From Octopus bimaculoides (lineage: Eukaryota), in NCBI RefSeq assembly GCF_001194135.2, contig NC_068987.1, forward strand, positions 59,632,668-59,678,421: 45,754 nucleotides of DNA. The letters are read 5' to 3'. Under the pieces are notes generated by a model that searched no databases, was not told the DNA's origin, and was given only the letters and a program-made list of their open reading frames with translations. Below, piece after piece: positions 1-11,850 of the stretch. A program made the translations under genes and the position numbers. Every line of letters starts with the position of its first letter. Position 1 is the stretch's first letter.

Positions 1-398
1 ATATATATGAATGTGTAAATACATATACATTCATAGTCATTTACGTATGTAAAAAATGGGCACATATTAATTTCAATTTGTTACATAGGCAAATGATTAT
101 TAAATATATATGGTTAATGATATTAAGTAATTATAGTAATAAATGTTAAATTATAGTAATTAATGTAAGGTTATGGAGCCAAAAATAATGCGAAATATAA
201 GTGTTATAATTATTAATATTTAGATATGTGTAAATACATGGGAGAAAGAGAATAACGATAGCAGAGTTAATGACAACCAAGAGTTCAGAAAAATTCTTCA
301 AATAGAAGGCCACGTATTAATTTAAATTTATTATTAATATTATATTTTATAGTTATGTTATCCTATAATATAATTAAACATTTTATAATTAAACTTAG

Positions 399-478
399 AG
401 AATACACGAAATACTTTTTTCTTTCCACGAGTTAAGTAAGAATACAAGAAATACTTTTTCCTTTTTGCGAGTTAAGTA
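399..478. repeat. Two imperfect 40-bp tandem units at the end of the Penelope endonuclease
   Basis: agaatacacgaaatacttttttctttccacgagttaagta (399-438) is followed by agaatacaagaaatactttttcctttttgcgagttaagta (439-478). Confidence 0.9.
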
Positions 479-479
479 A

Positions 480-1700
480 ATATTATTTAACAGTAAGGAT
501 TATAAAAGCCTCTTCTGTACACAAGTCACATCTCCTGTTTGAGATTCTATAAGAACTTGCAGAACAAATGATATCCTATCTCATTTTAAATTCAATGTTA
601 TCCTTTAAATCCCATATGAACTTACTTAATCCGGTGGAATTAATTTTTTGTCAATTTTTAAAACTCTGTAGATGGTTAGACACGCTGAGTTTAATCCTAT
701 TTTCGGTAGNNNNNNNNNNTTGCATAAGGAATAATTAACCAAATCGTACTAGGTTTATCAGAATTAATTTTAGATAATTTGTAATCGTTTTAAGATTTAG
801 TAGAGTTATGAGTAAATGATTTGTTTCTACTATTAAGAATATTGTATGGATTATCAATGGTGTTGTTATTCAAAGAAATTATTTGTTTATTCATATCATA
901 ACGTTTATTAATTATGGTTTTGCCACTATAAGAATAATTATAACTATTGAATGGTTGTTTATTAATCTTAGGTTTATAAGATAACTTGATATTGGATTTT
1001 ACTATATTGTGTTTACTATTTCGAGCTTGATTCATATTAATTATCATTATCACCCAGCGTTTTATTAATAAAAGAATTATTAATTTTATGTTTATTTTTA
1101 CTACTAGTTTTAGCTTTCATTGAATTACCAAACTTTTCAGTTTTGGTTCTTCCCTTATAATTAATTCTATCATATCTATTTATATCGTTTGGTCGATGGT
1201 ATTTTGTCTTTATATCCAGCCTTAGCTAGGGCCATGTTATAAAAATCTGTGTGTTTCATGAATATGTCTTCATTAGATGATATATATGTTTGTCTTTTCC
1301 CAATGTTGGAGACTAATGCGTTTTTAATTGATCTTGGATGATTACTTAGGAAATTAATGTAGCTTAAATTCGTATTTAATTTATGAAAAGGTTCGTGCTA
1401 ACCGGTTAGATTGAAATTAACATACAAAAAGTTAACTGAGTTATTATCTTTTTCAATAGATACGGAAAGTCCATGTCTCTTGAAAAATTTATAAAATCGT
1501 TTCTTAAATAATTCTAACTTTCTATTAGATGTATTCTTGATGACAAAAAGTGCATCATCCCTGTACAATTCCCCTCTAATTTCATTCATCATGCAGGTCA
1601 TACAAAAGGTAGATTCATAAATGACAGAGAAATAGTTTGATGAAATTTTATTTAACAATAAGAAAATTCTAATATCACAACAAATTGTTTCGTAACTTAA
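480..1700 (-). mobile_element. Penelope-like retroelement remnant: RT C-terminal half, linker and GIY-YIG endonuclease C-terminus
   Basis: The minus frame reads ELYRDDALF...FKRHGLSVSIEK..VNFLYVNFNL, then YINFLSNHPRSIKNALVSNIGKR...ALAKAGYKDK. After the linker comes TIWLIIPY (about 720-750), and after the gap SNHLQSFKN..STGLSKFIWDLKD..SYRISNRRCDLCTEE. These are Penelope RT and GIY-YIG motifs in the expected order, with stops. Confidence 0.85.
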
Positions 1701-2161
1701 AAACATGTAAATAATTAATATTATATTTAATAATAAGTAAGTTACTTACATGTCTCCACTTATGCAAAATGTAAAAGTTCCTTCTAAATAATGCAGAATT
1801 TAAGCTACGTATATTCGTATATTGTGACACACACACACACACACANNNNNNNNNNNNNNNNNNNNNNNNNNNNNNNNNNNNNNNNNNNNNNNNNNNNNNN
1901 NNNNNNNNNNNNNNNNNNNNNNNNNNNNNNNNNNNNNNNNNNNNNNNNNNNNNNNNNNNNNNNNNNNNNNNNNNNNNNNNNNNNNNNNNNNNNNNNNNNN
2001 NNNNNNNNNNNNNNNNNNNNNNNNNNNNNNNNNNNNNNNNNNNNNNNNNNNNNNNNNNNNNNNNNNNNNNNNNNNNNNNNNNNNNNNNNNNNNNNNNNNN
2101 NNNNNNNNNNNNNNNNNNNNNNNNNNNNNNNNNNNNNNNNNNNNNNNNNNNNNNNNNNNNN

Positions 2162-2238
<77 letters not shown>

Positions 2239-2239
<1 letters not shown>

Positions 2240-2530
2240 GTGTAGCTTGGTGGTTAAGGTGATATACAATCAATTTTTTATATATAATTTGCTATACGGC
2301 TCATGGTCGTCAGTTCAGTTCCCGGTAGCGCGTTGTGTCCTTGCGCAAGGCGCTTTATTTTAAGTTGCTCCAGTCCACTCAGCTAGTAAAAAATGAGTAG
2401 TACCTGTATTTAAAAGGACCTGCCTTGTCATGCTGAATCTCCCTCAGAACGACGTTAAGGGTTCACGTGTTGGTGGAGTGCTCAGCCAGATGCACGTTAA
2501 TTTCAGGTCATCATAACCGACTGAGTGCCA
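2239..2530 (+). mobile_element. tRNA-derived SINE (degenerate head, CORE-like centre, body shared with family D)
   Basis: A-box-like tagcttggtggttaagg, B-box-like gttcagttccc and centre gttgtgtccttgcgcaaggc. The segment 2430-2500 is the reverse complement of part of the SINEs at 22346-22717 and 28440-28821. Confidence 0.7.
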
Positions 2531-2554
2531 GTTATACAATATATTGTATTTACT

Positions 2555-2645
<91 letters not shown>

Positions 2646-2715
2646 TATACACATATCTTTACGATACAATTTGTATATATATTTACGATTTATAGATAGT
2701 TTACTATTTTAAAAT

Positions 2716-2870
2716 ATGCGTGGTTGTGTGGTAAAAAGCTTGTCTCCCAACCACATGGTTCCGGGTTCAGTCCCACTGCGTGGAAACTTGGGCACGTGTC
2801 TTCTACTATAGCTTCAGGCCGACCAAAGCCTTGTGAGTGGCTTTGGTAGACCGAAACTGAAAGAAGCCCA
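2716..2870 (+). mobile_element. SINE family B, 5' half (tRNA-derived head)
   Basis: tgcgtggttgtgtggtaa...gggttcagtcccactgcgtgg...ctactatagc...gaaactgaaagaagccc recurs at 12660, 24000, 25715, 26290 and 27085. Confidence 0.8.
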
Positions 2871-2949
2871 CCCTTCCTTTAACGAGAGAAAATTATAAAA
2901 TTTTTGTAACAATAAGGATAAGATTAAATGCCACAATATTAATACTCTA

Positions 2950-3560
2950 AGAAGTGATGTTAGTAATGAATGTATAAATAATTCTTCTAATGTACAAGGG
3001 GAAACAATTCTTATTAAATCCCATCCGAACCTGAAGAATAGTAGTAAAGTAGTAAATAACCATACTGAATATAATGGTGTAAATCAAAACAGTAATATTA
3101 ATAAAAAGGAAAATATATATTGTGATTGCAAAGTTATAAGTAGCTCTTTGTTTTATAATTATCGTAAGCAAAGAAATGTAGCATACAGATTTAGAGTGAA
3201 ATCTGAAGGTAAAAATTTCTTCTACATCGGTACAACTGAAAACTTTATCAAAATACGCATCGCTAATCGCAATTACACCTTTAATAATGAAAACAAGTCA
3301 TCTACTAGCCTTAGTAAATTTATTTGGGACTTAAAGAACAAAAATAAAATGTTTACTCTGGAGTGGGAAATAATAAGCAAGGCCGGTGCCTATAGAATTG
3401 GAAATGCTTATTGGTTTCTTTGTGTGGAAGAATTATTCCAAATCCTAAATTCTAGGCGGATAGGCGGAGATTCCTTAACACAATAAAAGAGGGCGGGTTA
3501 TCATGTGTTCACACCTGTAAGCATGTTTTCAAAAACGACCATTAAATTGAATATAATGTA
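2950..3560 (+). mobile_element. Penelope-like GIY-YIG endonuclease fragment (second subfamily)
   Basis: YCDCK...NVAYRFRVKSEGKNFFYIGTTENFIKIRIANR...STSLSKFIWDLKNK...EWEIISKAGAYRIG...LCVEE (ORF 3148-3486). This is homologous to the minus-strand copy at 480-700. Confidence 0.85.
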
Positions 3561-3961
3561 AAGAATATTAGGACTATAAATTAGGTAGTAACTTAGTACT
3601 AATGTGCTGAAAATTGTAACTAAAAGGATTAGATAATTCTTAGTAGATATCTTATTAATATTAAAATATAAAATACATGGTAAATAAAAATATAACATTT
3701 TATTTACGGGTAACTGTATTATATAAAGGTTGCTAGGACATTAATTTAAGTACGTATCTCATGAATCTGGGATTATTATTTATAAAGTAACGGGTAATTT
3801 TAGATTAAAGATACTACGTATTAATTTAATAATGGTTTTAATTTTTCTTAATTTTGATTTGTTAACGTTAATGCTTTCCTCAATTATGATCGTTGCTATC
3901 TATTCTCGCTATTATAAATAAATATATTGTGTACATATATTGATGATGTAATATTCAACTT

Positions 3962-4169
3962 AATTAGGCGGCGAGCTGGCAGAAACGCTAGCACGCCGGG
4001 CGAAATGCTTAGCGGTATTTCGTCTGTCTTTACGTTCTGAGTTCAAATTCCGCCGAGGTCGTCTTTGCTTTTCATCCTTTCGGATGAAGTACTAGTTGTG
4101 TACTGGGGTCAATGTAATCGACTGGACCCCTACCCCCAAATTTCGGGCCTTGTGCCTAGAGTAGAAAAG
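3962..4169 (+). mobile_element. SINE family A (tRNA-derived) with 12-bp TSD
   Basis: Head ggcggcgagctggcagaaacgctagc and B-box-like gagttcaaattcc. Perfect flanking direct repeat aatattcaactt at 3950-3961 and 4170-4181. Confidence 0.9.
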
Positions 4170-4684
4170 AATATTCAACTTTGCTAAATAGTAAGCAGTT
4201 TGATTCCTCATCGTCCAGTACCTTTCAACACATTAACAAACGCACGTACGAATACATAAAAGAATATTACATATACGTAACTACAGGTTAAAAATAATAA
4301 TAAATAATAATAATAATAATAATAACAATAATAATAATGATTTATTATTTAGCTGTAATTACTAGAGATTACAATTGGGTGAATTATAACAAATTTCTTA
4401 AGTGATTAAATACTTTACTGACATTTCGATCTATCATAATTAATAATGTAAATTAGGGATACTGTTTTAATTTATTGGTAAAGCAATCGTATTGAAATAT
4501 TGTTTATGCTAACAAACGGATACTTTCGTTTCTCAACGCATTACATGCACACGCGAACAAATACATAAACAAATTTGCATATACGTATACACAAATAACG
4601 GTTTTTAAAAAATACATTGGTTGCTGAAACGCACATATCTGAGTGTAACAAGAATCAAACAGCTCGTTGGAATGTAGCGCCTTT

Positions 4685-4821
4685 ATATCAAATTCTTCCC
4701 CTGACGAAACGCCTAATTAACGATATTCAGTATGAAAATTTATTTTAGTTTAATTTAATTTAATTTCTCAAATTGAATTGGTTGGGCATGGAAACAACTG
4801 TAGGTGCAATAGATCTGATAT
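4685..4821 (+). ncRNA. Type I hammerhead-ribozyme-like motif (probably degenerate), likely from a Penelope pLTR
   Basis: CTGACGA at 4701-4707, GAAAC at 4791-4795, 4-nt loop AACT and GTA triplet at 4800-4802. The intervening 83 nt fold into a long hairpin; stem I is only partly paired. Confidence 0.6.
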
Positions 4822-5038
4822 TGTTCGGAATTGAATATGTTCTAATAATTAATGTCTATATATCAATTTCTCCGTTTTCTTTTCTCATACCAAAATGCTA
4901 ATGTACCTATATCCATCAATGTGAAACTAACATCTTTAGTTTTTCTTTGATACACTGGATAAAATCAGGGAATTTGGATGCCGACATCCCTGTAAGAGGA
5001 TTTTGTATCTTCGCTTTAATTTAATTATATACATACAT

Positions 5039-5088
<50 letters not shown>

Positions 5089-5089
5089 T

Positions 5090-5290
5090 GTGTGTGTGTC
5101 TGTGTTTGTGCCCCCGCCACCGCTTGACAATCGATGCTGGTGTGTTTATGTCCCCGTAACTTAGCGGTTCGGCAAAAGATCACGATAGAATAAGTACAAG
5201 GCTTACAAATAGGTCTTGGGGTCGATTTCTTCGACTTTAAGGTGGTGCTCCAGCATGGCCACAGTCAAATGAATGAAGCAAGTAAAAGAA
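5090..5290 (+). mobile_element. SINE family B, 3' half
   Basis: cgcttgacaatcgatgctggtgtgttt...aacttagcggttcggcaaaag...gtgctccagcatggccacagtcaaatga...aagtaaaag matches the reverse complement of 26865-27050 and 23780-23950. Confidence 0.8.
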
Positions 5291-6196
5291 TTAAGCAACA
5301 CAATTTAAATATATTTACTATATACTATACCACACAAAAGTATATATGCTCTACAATTTTTGTTATATATATTTATTATGCAATTTTGTTCTGTACCATC
5401 ACAAACTGATACAGCTTTAGGTATAAGTAATTTTAAACATAAGTAAATTCAATCTCAAAATCCTCCATTTCTTAAACCAGTAAGTCTAAGTACATCATTA
5501 TTTCATAAACGTTTTTTTAGAAGTTCATTGATGTGTTTTAATATTTTTGCCATTACGTAAATGGCTCTAGAATTTTTATTTCTAATACAAACAAATGATG
5601 TATTAAATTTTTCTTTCTGTTTAATGTTTTCATTAGAGAATACTTTTATAATCACTTATTACACCTAATTTGCTGAGTTCTTTTGTCGAACTCGATTAAG
5701 ACAAGTTAAAGTGTTCTCTGTTATGTTCATGCAAGTCTTATTACTACACACACACACATACACAAACACCCACACAGACACACACGCTCACATATAAACA
5801 AACTCAGTATACGTTGACCGACCTTCCGAACAATCACGGCCAAAGCAAACGTCAAGGCGATGTCGTCTATCAATTATATACTCATTGAATCAGTGGAAAA
5901 GCAATGGCATTAGTTGAGATCGAGTCGTGTAGCAACACAAAATTTTAACATTACCTGAATCATAATGTCAATGACTGTATGCTTGCCTCTCGAATTTCGT
6001 TGGATGGAGTACGACTGATTAATACTGAGGTCACAGCAACTTTGATACGATATGATATTGCAGTATACACCAAGATTGGCTATTTAATGTAGTACCAAAC
6101 GTATCCTGCAGGTTTAGTCTCCAGAGTTTGACAGATCATACTTTATATCTTGAAAATGTATCAGCAGTTTAATGTTGTAACCAGTGATGAGATATA

Positions 6197-7709
6197 CGAG
6201 GGGTGTTCATTAAAGATTTCTCCTGACCTCCTTCCGGTCACTGAAGGAATCGAAACTTGTAAAGGTATAATCATACATGTCTCTACATGTCACATTGTAA
6301 ATTGCAGCTTTCCACTAATATTCATTTGTCTTTTATGGCTGCTGAAGTGGACTAAGGTGTTATAATGGATGCAGTTGAATGCAGATGAATAATCAGGTTC
6401 TTATACTCGAAAGGTCGTACACCAAAAGAGACTTTCGATGAAATGAAAGAAGTTTCTGGTGACGATGCACCATCACACGACGTAGTCAAGCACTGGCATT
6501 GCCAGTTCAAATGTGGTCCAACATCGGTGGAAACTGCTCCTATTCTTAGACGACAACATTCCGCCATTGATGACGACACCATTCATAAAGTGGAAGCCAC
6601 CATTTTGGAGGATCGCCACATAACTATTCAGAAACTAGTCCAAGAAGTGAAGATAAGTGTAGGGTCCGTGGAAAAAATCATTCACAACCATTTGCACATG
6701 CAGAAGTTGTTTGCACGATGGATTCCCCGGATGCTTACACCTTTTCAGAAGCAGGAACGAGTGAATTGCTCCCAGGCTCTTTTGGCAAGAAAACGAGGGA
6801 GGACCTTTTCTTATTTCTTTATTGCCCACAAGGGGCTAAACACAGAGGGGACAAACAAGGACAGACAAAGGGATTAAGTCGATTACGTCGACCACAGTGC
6901 GTAACTGGTACTTAATTTATCGATCCCGAAAAGATGGAAAGCAAAGTCGACCTCGGCGGAATTTGAACTCAGAACGTAACGGCTAAGCATTTCGCCCGGC
7001 GTGCTAACGCTTCTGCCAGCTCGCCGAGGGAAGACCTATTCTGAAGACTTATCACACAGGATGAAACATGGATCCATAACTATGACCTTGAGACTAAAGT
7101 CCAGTCGAAATAATGGAAACATTATAACTCACCACCTCCAAAGAAGGTTCGTGACCAACCCTCAGCAGGCAAGGTGATGCTCGCAGTGTTTTGGGACTAG
7201 CGCGGAGAAGGATGGATTTTCTGGCAAAGGGCATCACAATTAACGGGGCATATTATGCTTCTCTGCGGCAGAAATTGCAGGACGCCATCAAAGCAGAGAA
7301 GTATGGCATGCTGATCAAAGGAGTCCGCTTCCTCCAAAACAATGCCCCAGTTCACAATGCGCATGTTGCCCAAATGAAAGTACATTCCTGCGGCTATGAA
7401 ATCTTTCCTCATCCTCCTGGCTCTCCCGATCTCTCCTCATGTGACTTCCACCTCTTTCCAACCATGAAGTCTTTTTTGAAGGGGAAGCACTTTTCGGATC
7501 ATGATGAACTTAATTTTGAGGTAAAGTCTTGGCTCCAGGCACAACCTACCGACTTCTGCAGACGAGGTCATTACAACTGCATAAAGCAAGGGAAGAAGCG
7601 TGTCACCATTTATGGTGGCTATGTAGAGAAAGACTAATAATTAAGCCAAGTTTCGTTTATCTCTGTCGTTGGGAAGTGGGTTAGGGGAAATCCTTAATGA
7701 ACACTCGCG
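6197..7709 (+). mobile_element. Near full-length mariner (DD34D) DNA transposon with inactivated transposase
   Basis: TA at 6195-6196 and 7710-7711, with imperfect TIRs (cgaggggtgttcattaaagatttctcctgacc versus the reverse complement cgcgagtgttcattaaggatttcccctaacc). Motifs ARWIPRMLT, ITQDETW, FLQNNAPVH and HPPGSPDLSSCDFHLF are present. It has frameshifts and stops and is interrupted by a SINE. Confidence 0.95.
6811..7025 (-). mobile_element. SINE family A inserted in the mariner transposase, with 16-bp TSD and Tx1-like tail
   Basis: TSD gagggaggaccttttc (6795-6810) and gagggaagacctattc (7026-7041), with 2 mismatches. Same head and central domain as 3962-4169, but a different tail. Confidence 0.9.
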
Positions 7710-9748
7710 TATGTTTTGTTAACTTATGCATCACTTGATTAGCTCGTCATGGCATTTAAGCAATTAAAATCGTGTATTTTAGTTTATAAATTTGAATCGT
7801 CCGCGTGAGAAATATAACCAATAATTTAATATCTGCATAATTCTTTTAAAAAATTGATATTTAAGCTAATTTAGCCAAATCTCTCAATTGAAAACAACTG
7901 TTATAAGACTAATTTGTGTGTGTGTATGTGTGTTTGTACGCGCACGTAATAATCTGCTCTAGCAGGGTGTGACGTAAGCTAGTCTGTTTTATACCCTGAG
8001 TGTAGTTCAGTTTATAGCCGAATGTATAAACAAGCTAGCTCATATTATCCTCGGGCGGAGGCATACTCGTATTTCTGGCTGTTACATCAGGGACAGTGTG
8101 CATGAAAGTTGCGCCGTGAGAAAAATAGTTACTTGCTCGGACAAGTCGCGCGCGCGCACACTGATATAAAGCTAAATGTTTTCCATATCCTTACTATTGT
8201 TGACATAATTAACAATTGTCGTACATAATTCTTCCGGAATGTTCCGTATATTTTCGTTGAATTGTGATCTTGTCTCGTGTAACAATATATATATTAATAC
8301 ACTGTTCAACGTCTCATTGTATCAATCCTTTCTTGTCTTCCTGTCTTTAGTACACTATTCCCTAGTAGAATTATATTTAAATCTAGTGGTTCACTTGAAG
8401 CTAACGATCCTGACGTTAACCGTGCCGAAATTGCTACGAGCTTTAATCAACTGCTGTTGAAGGGAAACTTGAGTCATTATTTGTGATTTTCCATGTCCTA
8501 TTTGTTTGGCTTGTTCATTGCGGTTCTTTTTTTTTTATTATTTGGAGTATATTGGAACGTACATTTTGCAGCATATTATTATACATATTATCTCTTTGTG
8601 ACCATCTTTCTTTATTATTCGAACCTTCGTTCCCTTTTATATATTTATATATTAAATTTGACTACCCTTTATTACCCCTCGTTCTGGTTTTTCTTCGTTC
8701 CTTTCGTTCAAGGACCAATGATGGCAAAATAACTATAATTTCTTGAGCGTTACCGTCCTGTACGTTGTCCCCGCTTGCTGGACGCCATTTTGTCAGTGTT
8801 TGGTGTTAGATTTGGTTTGTTTTCTGAGATGTAAAGTGGTTTATCGAGTGTTGGTTAGTTGTTGAATATTAATTGCTAGAAATTGTAATGCTTTGGGATA
8901 GTAATCCACCCATATTCTTTAATACTAAAGACTATATAGTAGCACTGTCACCTCACCGCCAAGCTCATGCGGTTCTTTTTTTTTTGTCTCAGACAATAAT
9001 TAGTAGCATGTACAGTTTTGCCAATGAGAGAGTTTCCTTGCAATGAAATTTTCTGGCGACAGCATGGATAATGAAGTTAATCACCCTTAAATCATGGTAG
9101 ATAGAAATTTATTCTTTATAAAGGACTTAGAGGATTTCCTTTCTCCTTCATAGCTCGTTACAGGCATTGTCAAATATTGATACATTGTCAAAATTTTCTG
9201 GGTAATACGATCGCATACATTTAAGATTGCCTTCATTAATTTCACCCATACTGAAAGGCACTTGAAATTTTACTGGCCAAGTGCCTTACGTAAATGGATT
9301 ACAAAAAACTTCTATCCTAAACATGTCACCTCCTCTCGAAGAAACATTTTGGCATGTAAGGGTGACAACTCAAGGTATGTTTCACTCTTATTTTCAGGTA
9401 ATGTACAAAACGTCGTCGTCGTCGTACTTCACTTGGCCAAAGTAGTGATGAGACATGTCAAAGCAACGATTACAAAGTAAACAACTTGCAAGATTGCTTT
9501 GAACTTTAATTATTATTGAACTTTATTTGTCTAGCGATTGTTTTATTCTTTTACTCCTTTCATGATTCAGAAATACATTTATTCCTTGTCAAATATTTTA
9601 CAATTTACTTATTTACTTCTCTTTTCCTTTCTACTGAAAGTTAACTGTAATTTTACGATCGTAAATGATACAGTTTACCATAAAATTCTATTTATTAACT
9701 ACTAAATCGTATTTTCTATTAATTGCACATTCTGTACTGATCTGTCTG

Positions 9749-9806
<58 letters not shown>

Positions 9807-10229
9807 CCTTTGTCAGTCTGTCTATCGATCTCTGTACGTGTGTGTGTTTGTGTGTATATGTGTGTGCGTGTTTATATATATATATATATATATATNNNNN
9901 NNNNNNNNNNNNNNNNNNNNNNNNNNNNNNNNNNNNNNNNNNNNNNNNNNNNNNNNNNNNNNNNNNNNNNNNNNNNNNNNNNNNNNNNNNNNNNNNNNNN
10001 NNNNNNNNNNNNNNNNNNNNNNNNNNNNNNNNNNNNNNNNNNNNNNNNNNNNNNNNNNNNNNNNNNNNNNNNNNNNNNNNNNNNNNNNNNNNNNNNNNNN
10101 NNNNNNNNNNNNNNNNNNNNNNNNNNNNNNNNNNNNNNNNNNNNNNNNNNNNNNNNNNNNNNNNNNNNNNNNNNNNNNNNNNNNNNNNNNNNNNNNNNNN
10201 NNNNTATATATGTGTGTGTGTGTTATATG

Positions 10230-10520
10230 TCTTAGTAGTTAGAGTGTATTCTCACGATTGCGAGATCGTGGGTTCGATTCTCAGACCGGGCGTTGCGTTG
10301 TGTTCTTGAGCAAAGCAATTCATTTCACGTTGCTCTGCGATCATTTCGTCATCTGACATGTGGAACACGGAACACCTGTACAGGTAATGCTGATTTGATA
10401 GAGGGAGTGAGCTTATGTGTACACAAAAATTTGATCACTATAAGCAAATCAACTGCGTAGTTCTTCGTCAAGAAATTGCCGAACACTCACTCATACGACG
10501 TCTAACGACGGAAGAGTACA
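10230..10520 (+). mobile_element. tRNA-derived SINE (family E)
   Basis: B box gggttcgattctc, CORE-like gttgtgttcttgagcaaagc and tail cgacgtctaacgacggaagagt. Confidence 0.7.
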
Positions 10521-10958
10521 TATTATATATACACACATATATATAAACGTCTCTCTCCTCCTCTCTCTATATATGTATCTATGTGTCTATATATATATGT
10601 ATATACACGTACACACATTTGTGTATATAAATCTCTCTCTCTCTCTCTCTAGCTGGCCAACGACACACAGTCTGTGTCTGGTTAGCACAGGGAGGTCATC
10701 GCACTCATCTATAGCTTTACGTGATACATACATACATACATACATATATATATATNNNNNNNNNNNNNNNNNNNNNNNNNNNNNNNNNNNNNNNNNNNNN
10801 NNNNNNNNNNNNNNNNNNNNNNNNNNNNNNNNNNNNNNNNNNNNNNNNNNNNNNNNNNNNNNNNNNNNNNNNNNNNNNNNNNNNNNNNNNNNNNNNNNNN
10901 NNNNNNNNNNNNNNNNNNNNNNNNNNNNNNNNNNNNNNNNNNNNNNNNNNNNNNNNNN

Positions 10959-11000
<42 letters not shown>

Positions 11001-11749
11001 CTATATGTATATATAATATATTTATGTATATTAATATACATGTTTATGTATATTTATTTATGTTTGCATAGTATGTGTGCATATCTGCATGTATGTAAAT
11101 ATATAAAATAATATCAATTTTTGTATAAGCAGATGTATGTGAATACGTGTATCCGTGTTTGCACATTTTAGATTGCATCTATATGCATATTTTACGAACA
11201 TGTATCAATATGCTTAGACATTACAGTATTTATACAGTGTCTGTGTGTGTGTGTGTGTGTAGTGCATAAATCTATTTGTTTACGCGTGTACATACCTACA
11301 CGCACTTTGCTCTCTTTGTGTGTGAAAACGATACTTTCCTTGAGGGTGTATTTATTTTTCATATACATATTTTTTTATAAAACTTGTTTTGCTTTCACAA
11401 TAGCTTTCTGAACTTCATTAGTTTATATGAATTCAAGACATCATTGTCTCCAATACGGTTCTTACTCTGTAGTATTGTCTTTCTAAAAATAAAAAATAAA
11501 AAAAACAAAAAAACCCTGAAATGTGTCTTTCAAAAAGAATGGGAACTTACACTGCACAATCCTATTCTTTTCTACGTTAAAATATTGATTTGTTTTCAAT
11601 AGGAAATATTTAGTTGTGACATTTATTTATTATCTAAGAAATTTTGCGAAGTAACGGAAGTAAATTTGCTCCAGTATAACAATTTGAATCGAAATCACAC
11701 CACTATTTTCGTGGTACTTGTTACCTACATTTGTCAATAAAAAATATGC

Positions 11750-11850
11750 TCTTTTATCTTTCAGTCATTGAAATACGGTCGTGCTGCGGTAGCATCTTGA
11801 AGTGTTTAGTCGAATAAATCGACGCCAGTACTTATCTTCTTAAGTCTCGT
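11750..11850 (-). mobile_element. SINE family B, 3' fragment
   Basis: ttttatctttcagtcatt...gtcgtgctgcggtagca...tttagtcgaataaatcgacgccagtacttat resembles 26865-26960. Confidence 0.55.

Noticed and set aside
1791-2273. Long ORFs spanning N runs and microsatellites (also at 9665-11071, 25100-25470, 37931-38714, 41770-42208 and 43445-44125)
   Set aside because: They are open only because of Ns and dinucleotide or tetranucleotide repeats (YIYI, THTH, CVCV, IYLS peptides).
480-3560. Idea that the two oppositely oriented Penelope pieces are one element with an inverted pLTR
   Set aside because: The endonuclease peptides are clearly diverged from each other, which indicates separate subfamilies or insertions.
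9368-9405. GTATGT...TTTTCAG mini-intron-like motif
   Set aside because: It is only about 23 nt, too short for a plausible intron, and has no coherent flanking exons.
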